DNA of 64,000 bases from an uncultured Chloroflexia bacterium. GTDB lineage: Bacteria > Chloroflexota > Anaerolineae > JAAYZQ01. The notes under the pieces are model-generated. The model ran no database searches, had not been told where the DNA came from, and saw only the letters and a list, made by a program, of their open reading frames with translations. This document shows positions 62,758 through 64,000 of the stretch, piece after piece (positions within the stretch are counted from its first letter, which is position 1; each line of letters starts with the position of its first letter). The position numbers and the translations under genes were made by a program. The stretch is from contig CAWANP010000015.1 in NCBI GenBank assembly GCA_963783445.1, forward strand, positions 216,666 to 280,665, read 5' to 3'.

Positions 62758-63427
62758 ATGACAGCAGAGATCAAAGAAACCCTCAAAAAAACGGTGGTTG
62801 AGGCTGGGCAGACGATGGTCCGAGAGCGCCTGACGCTTGGGTACCTGGGGCAACGTCAGCCTGCGCGACCCTGTGACGGGATTCATCTATATTACCCCCA
62901 GTGGCATCCCCTACATGGAGATCCAGGTTTCGGACATTGTGGTGATGAACAGCGACCAGGAGATCGTCGGCGGCCATCGCATTCCCTCCATCGAACGGGG
63001 CATGCACATCGCCGTCTACAATGCCCGCGAAGACGTGAACGCCGTCGTGCATTCCCATCCCCTCTATTCGAGCGTGCTGGGCGTCAACCACATGGAGTTG
63101 CCGGGCATGAGCGAGGATTTTGTCCAGATTGTAGCAGACAAGATCATCTGCTCCGAGTACGCCCTGCCCGGCACACCCGAGCTGGCCCGCAACGTGGTGG
63201 CGGCCCTGGGCGAGCGGAACGCGGTGCTGCTGCCCAACCACGGGACGCTATGCGCCGGCGAGGACATGACGCGTACCCTGTTGATCAGCCAGGCGGTGGA
63301 AAAGACGGCCCAGATCTATATCATGGCCAAGAGTATCGGCACGCCGCACCTGATCTCCCAGGAGCACATCGAGGCCATGCAGTGGTACGCCCGGAACGTC
63401 TACGGCCAGCGGCCGGAGACCCAGTGA
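62758..63427 (+). CDS. Class II aldolase/adducin-family protein (fuculose-phosphate aldolase-like); frameshift near 62840
   Basis: LGTWGNVSLRD (after frame correction), metal ligands HSHP and His residues, AVLLPNHG. Confidence 0.7.
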
Positions 63428-63569
63428 CCCTGCTGTAGGCCGGGTTTCCATACCCGCATAAGGAGATGGATTTCCCAGGCCAGGCTTCCGAGAAGGTTCA
63501 CAGCCCAGGTACCGCACTATGCTCTGCTGATGAGGGCGGCTTGGCCGCTACAGAGGTGGCCTGCGGACG

Positions 63570-64000
63570 ATGACCACGGAAAAGCCGGACGCAAGATCAA
63601 CTGACCTCTCCTTCCTGAGGCGCTGCCAGTATCTGCTGGGCGTGGGTCCCCTCCTGCTCCTGGTGGGGCTCATTCTCGAGGGTCTGACCCTCTTTGTCCA
63701 GGGTTGGATCTCGTTTCCGATAGCCCTGACGATCGAGATGCAGCTTTTACTCACGGCCTGCTGTGTCGCGGCCTGCCTGGCGGGCATGATCTGGTTCAAC
63801 CGCACGCTGGACCTGGTGAGGGCCCACCTGCAGCAAGGAGAACATGAGCTGGTAACCTGGGGTCCCTTTGCCTACGTGCGGCATCCGCTGTACGCAGCCA
63901 TCATACTGACCGTTCCACCTCTGTTCGTTATCTGGTTCTCTGATCTCCTGTTTCTCCTGCCCTGGGTCCTCATCGTCGTCGCTGCACACTATGTGGTCTC
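63570..64000 (+). CDS. Isoprenylcysteine carboxyl methyltransferase / PEMT-family membrane methyltransferase; 3' end beyond the window
   Basis: Manual translation MTTEKPD...LVTWGPFAYVRHPLYAAIILTVPPLF. The frame is open to the window end. Confidence 0.6.
   Translation, partial: MTTEKPDARSTDLSFLRRCQYLLGVGPLLLLVGLILEGLTLFVQGWISFPIALTIEMQLLLTACCVAACLAGMIWFNRTLDLVRAHLQQGEHELVTWGPFAYVRHPLYAAIILTVPPLFVIWFSDLLFLLPWVLIVVAAHYVV

Noticed and set aside
1-64000. CRISPR array, IS element or prophage search
   Set aside because: There are no regularly spaced direct repeats. No transposase, integrase or phage structural gene signatures appear in any frame. The only repeats are the tandem duplication at 51.4-54.5 kb and the short operator-like palindromes.

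Overview
This is a high-GC (~62-65%) bacterial chromosomal segment, densely coding on both strands. I found no rRNA genes or CRISPR arrays, and no tRNA genes could be recognised by eye. Gene content points to a metabolically versatile, envelope-rich bacterium. Phylum is not determinable from this window; a Chloroflexota-like organism is only an inference. The main recognisable contents are listed below.

- **Signalling and regulation:** a partner-switching module (STAS antagonist, GAF-GAF-PP2C phosphatase, RsbW-like kinase); a giant beta-propeller/Y_Y_Y/triple-GAF sensor histidine kinase (1626 aa); an Rrf2 regulator; a MalT/LuxR-type regulator; and a membrane sensor-PP2C phosphatase.
- **Metabolism:** an MttB-family methyltransferase; an amidohydrolase; and a metabolic cluster containing a B12-radical SAM enzyme, two DAO-family FAD oxidoreductases, a short TPP decarboxylase, CoA-transferase A and B subunits, a BKACE-family enzyme, a truncated GH3 amido-synthetase and a second TPP enzyme.
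- **Secreted and cell-wall proteins:** a sortase adjacent to a four-repeat DUF11 surface protein; a papain-like C1 peptidase co-located with a chagasin (I42) inhibitor and three copies of an unassigned ~60-aa domain; and a tandemly duplicated pair of secreted proteins.

Two things stand out.

1. A lipoprotein-type rhodanese carries two in-frame TGA codons exactly where its catalytic cysteine loop should be (...VFY-TGA-T-TGA-PAEETSARAA...). A GC-rich hairpin follows about 17 nt downstream, and the frame stays open to a normal C-terminus. I read this as a candidate UxU selenoprotein rather than random decay.
2. At least 15 otherwise recognisable genes are interrupted by frameshifts. This indicates either indel errors in the assembly or widespread pseudogenisation, and it lowers confidence in all exact CDS coordinates.
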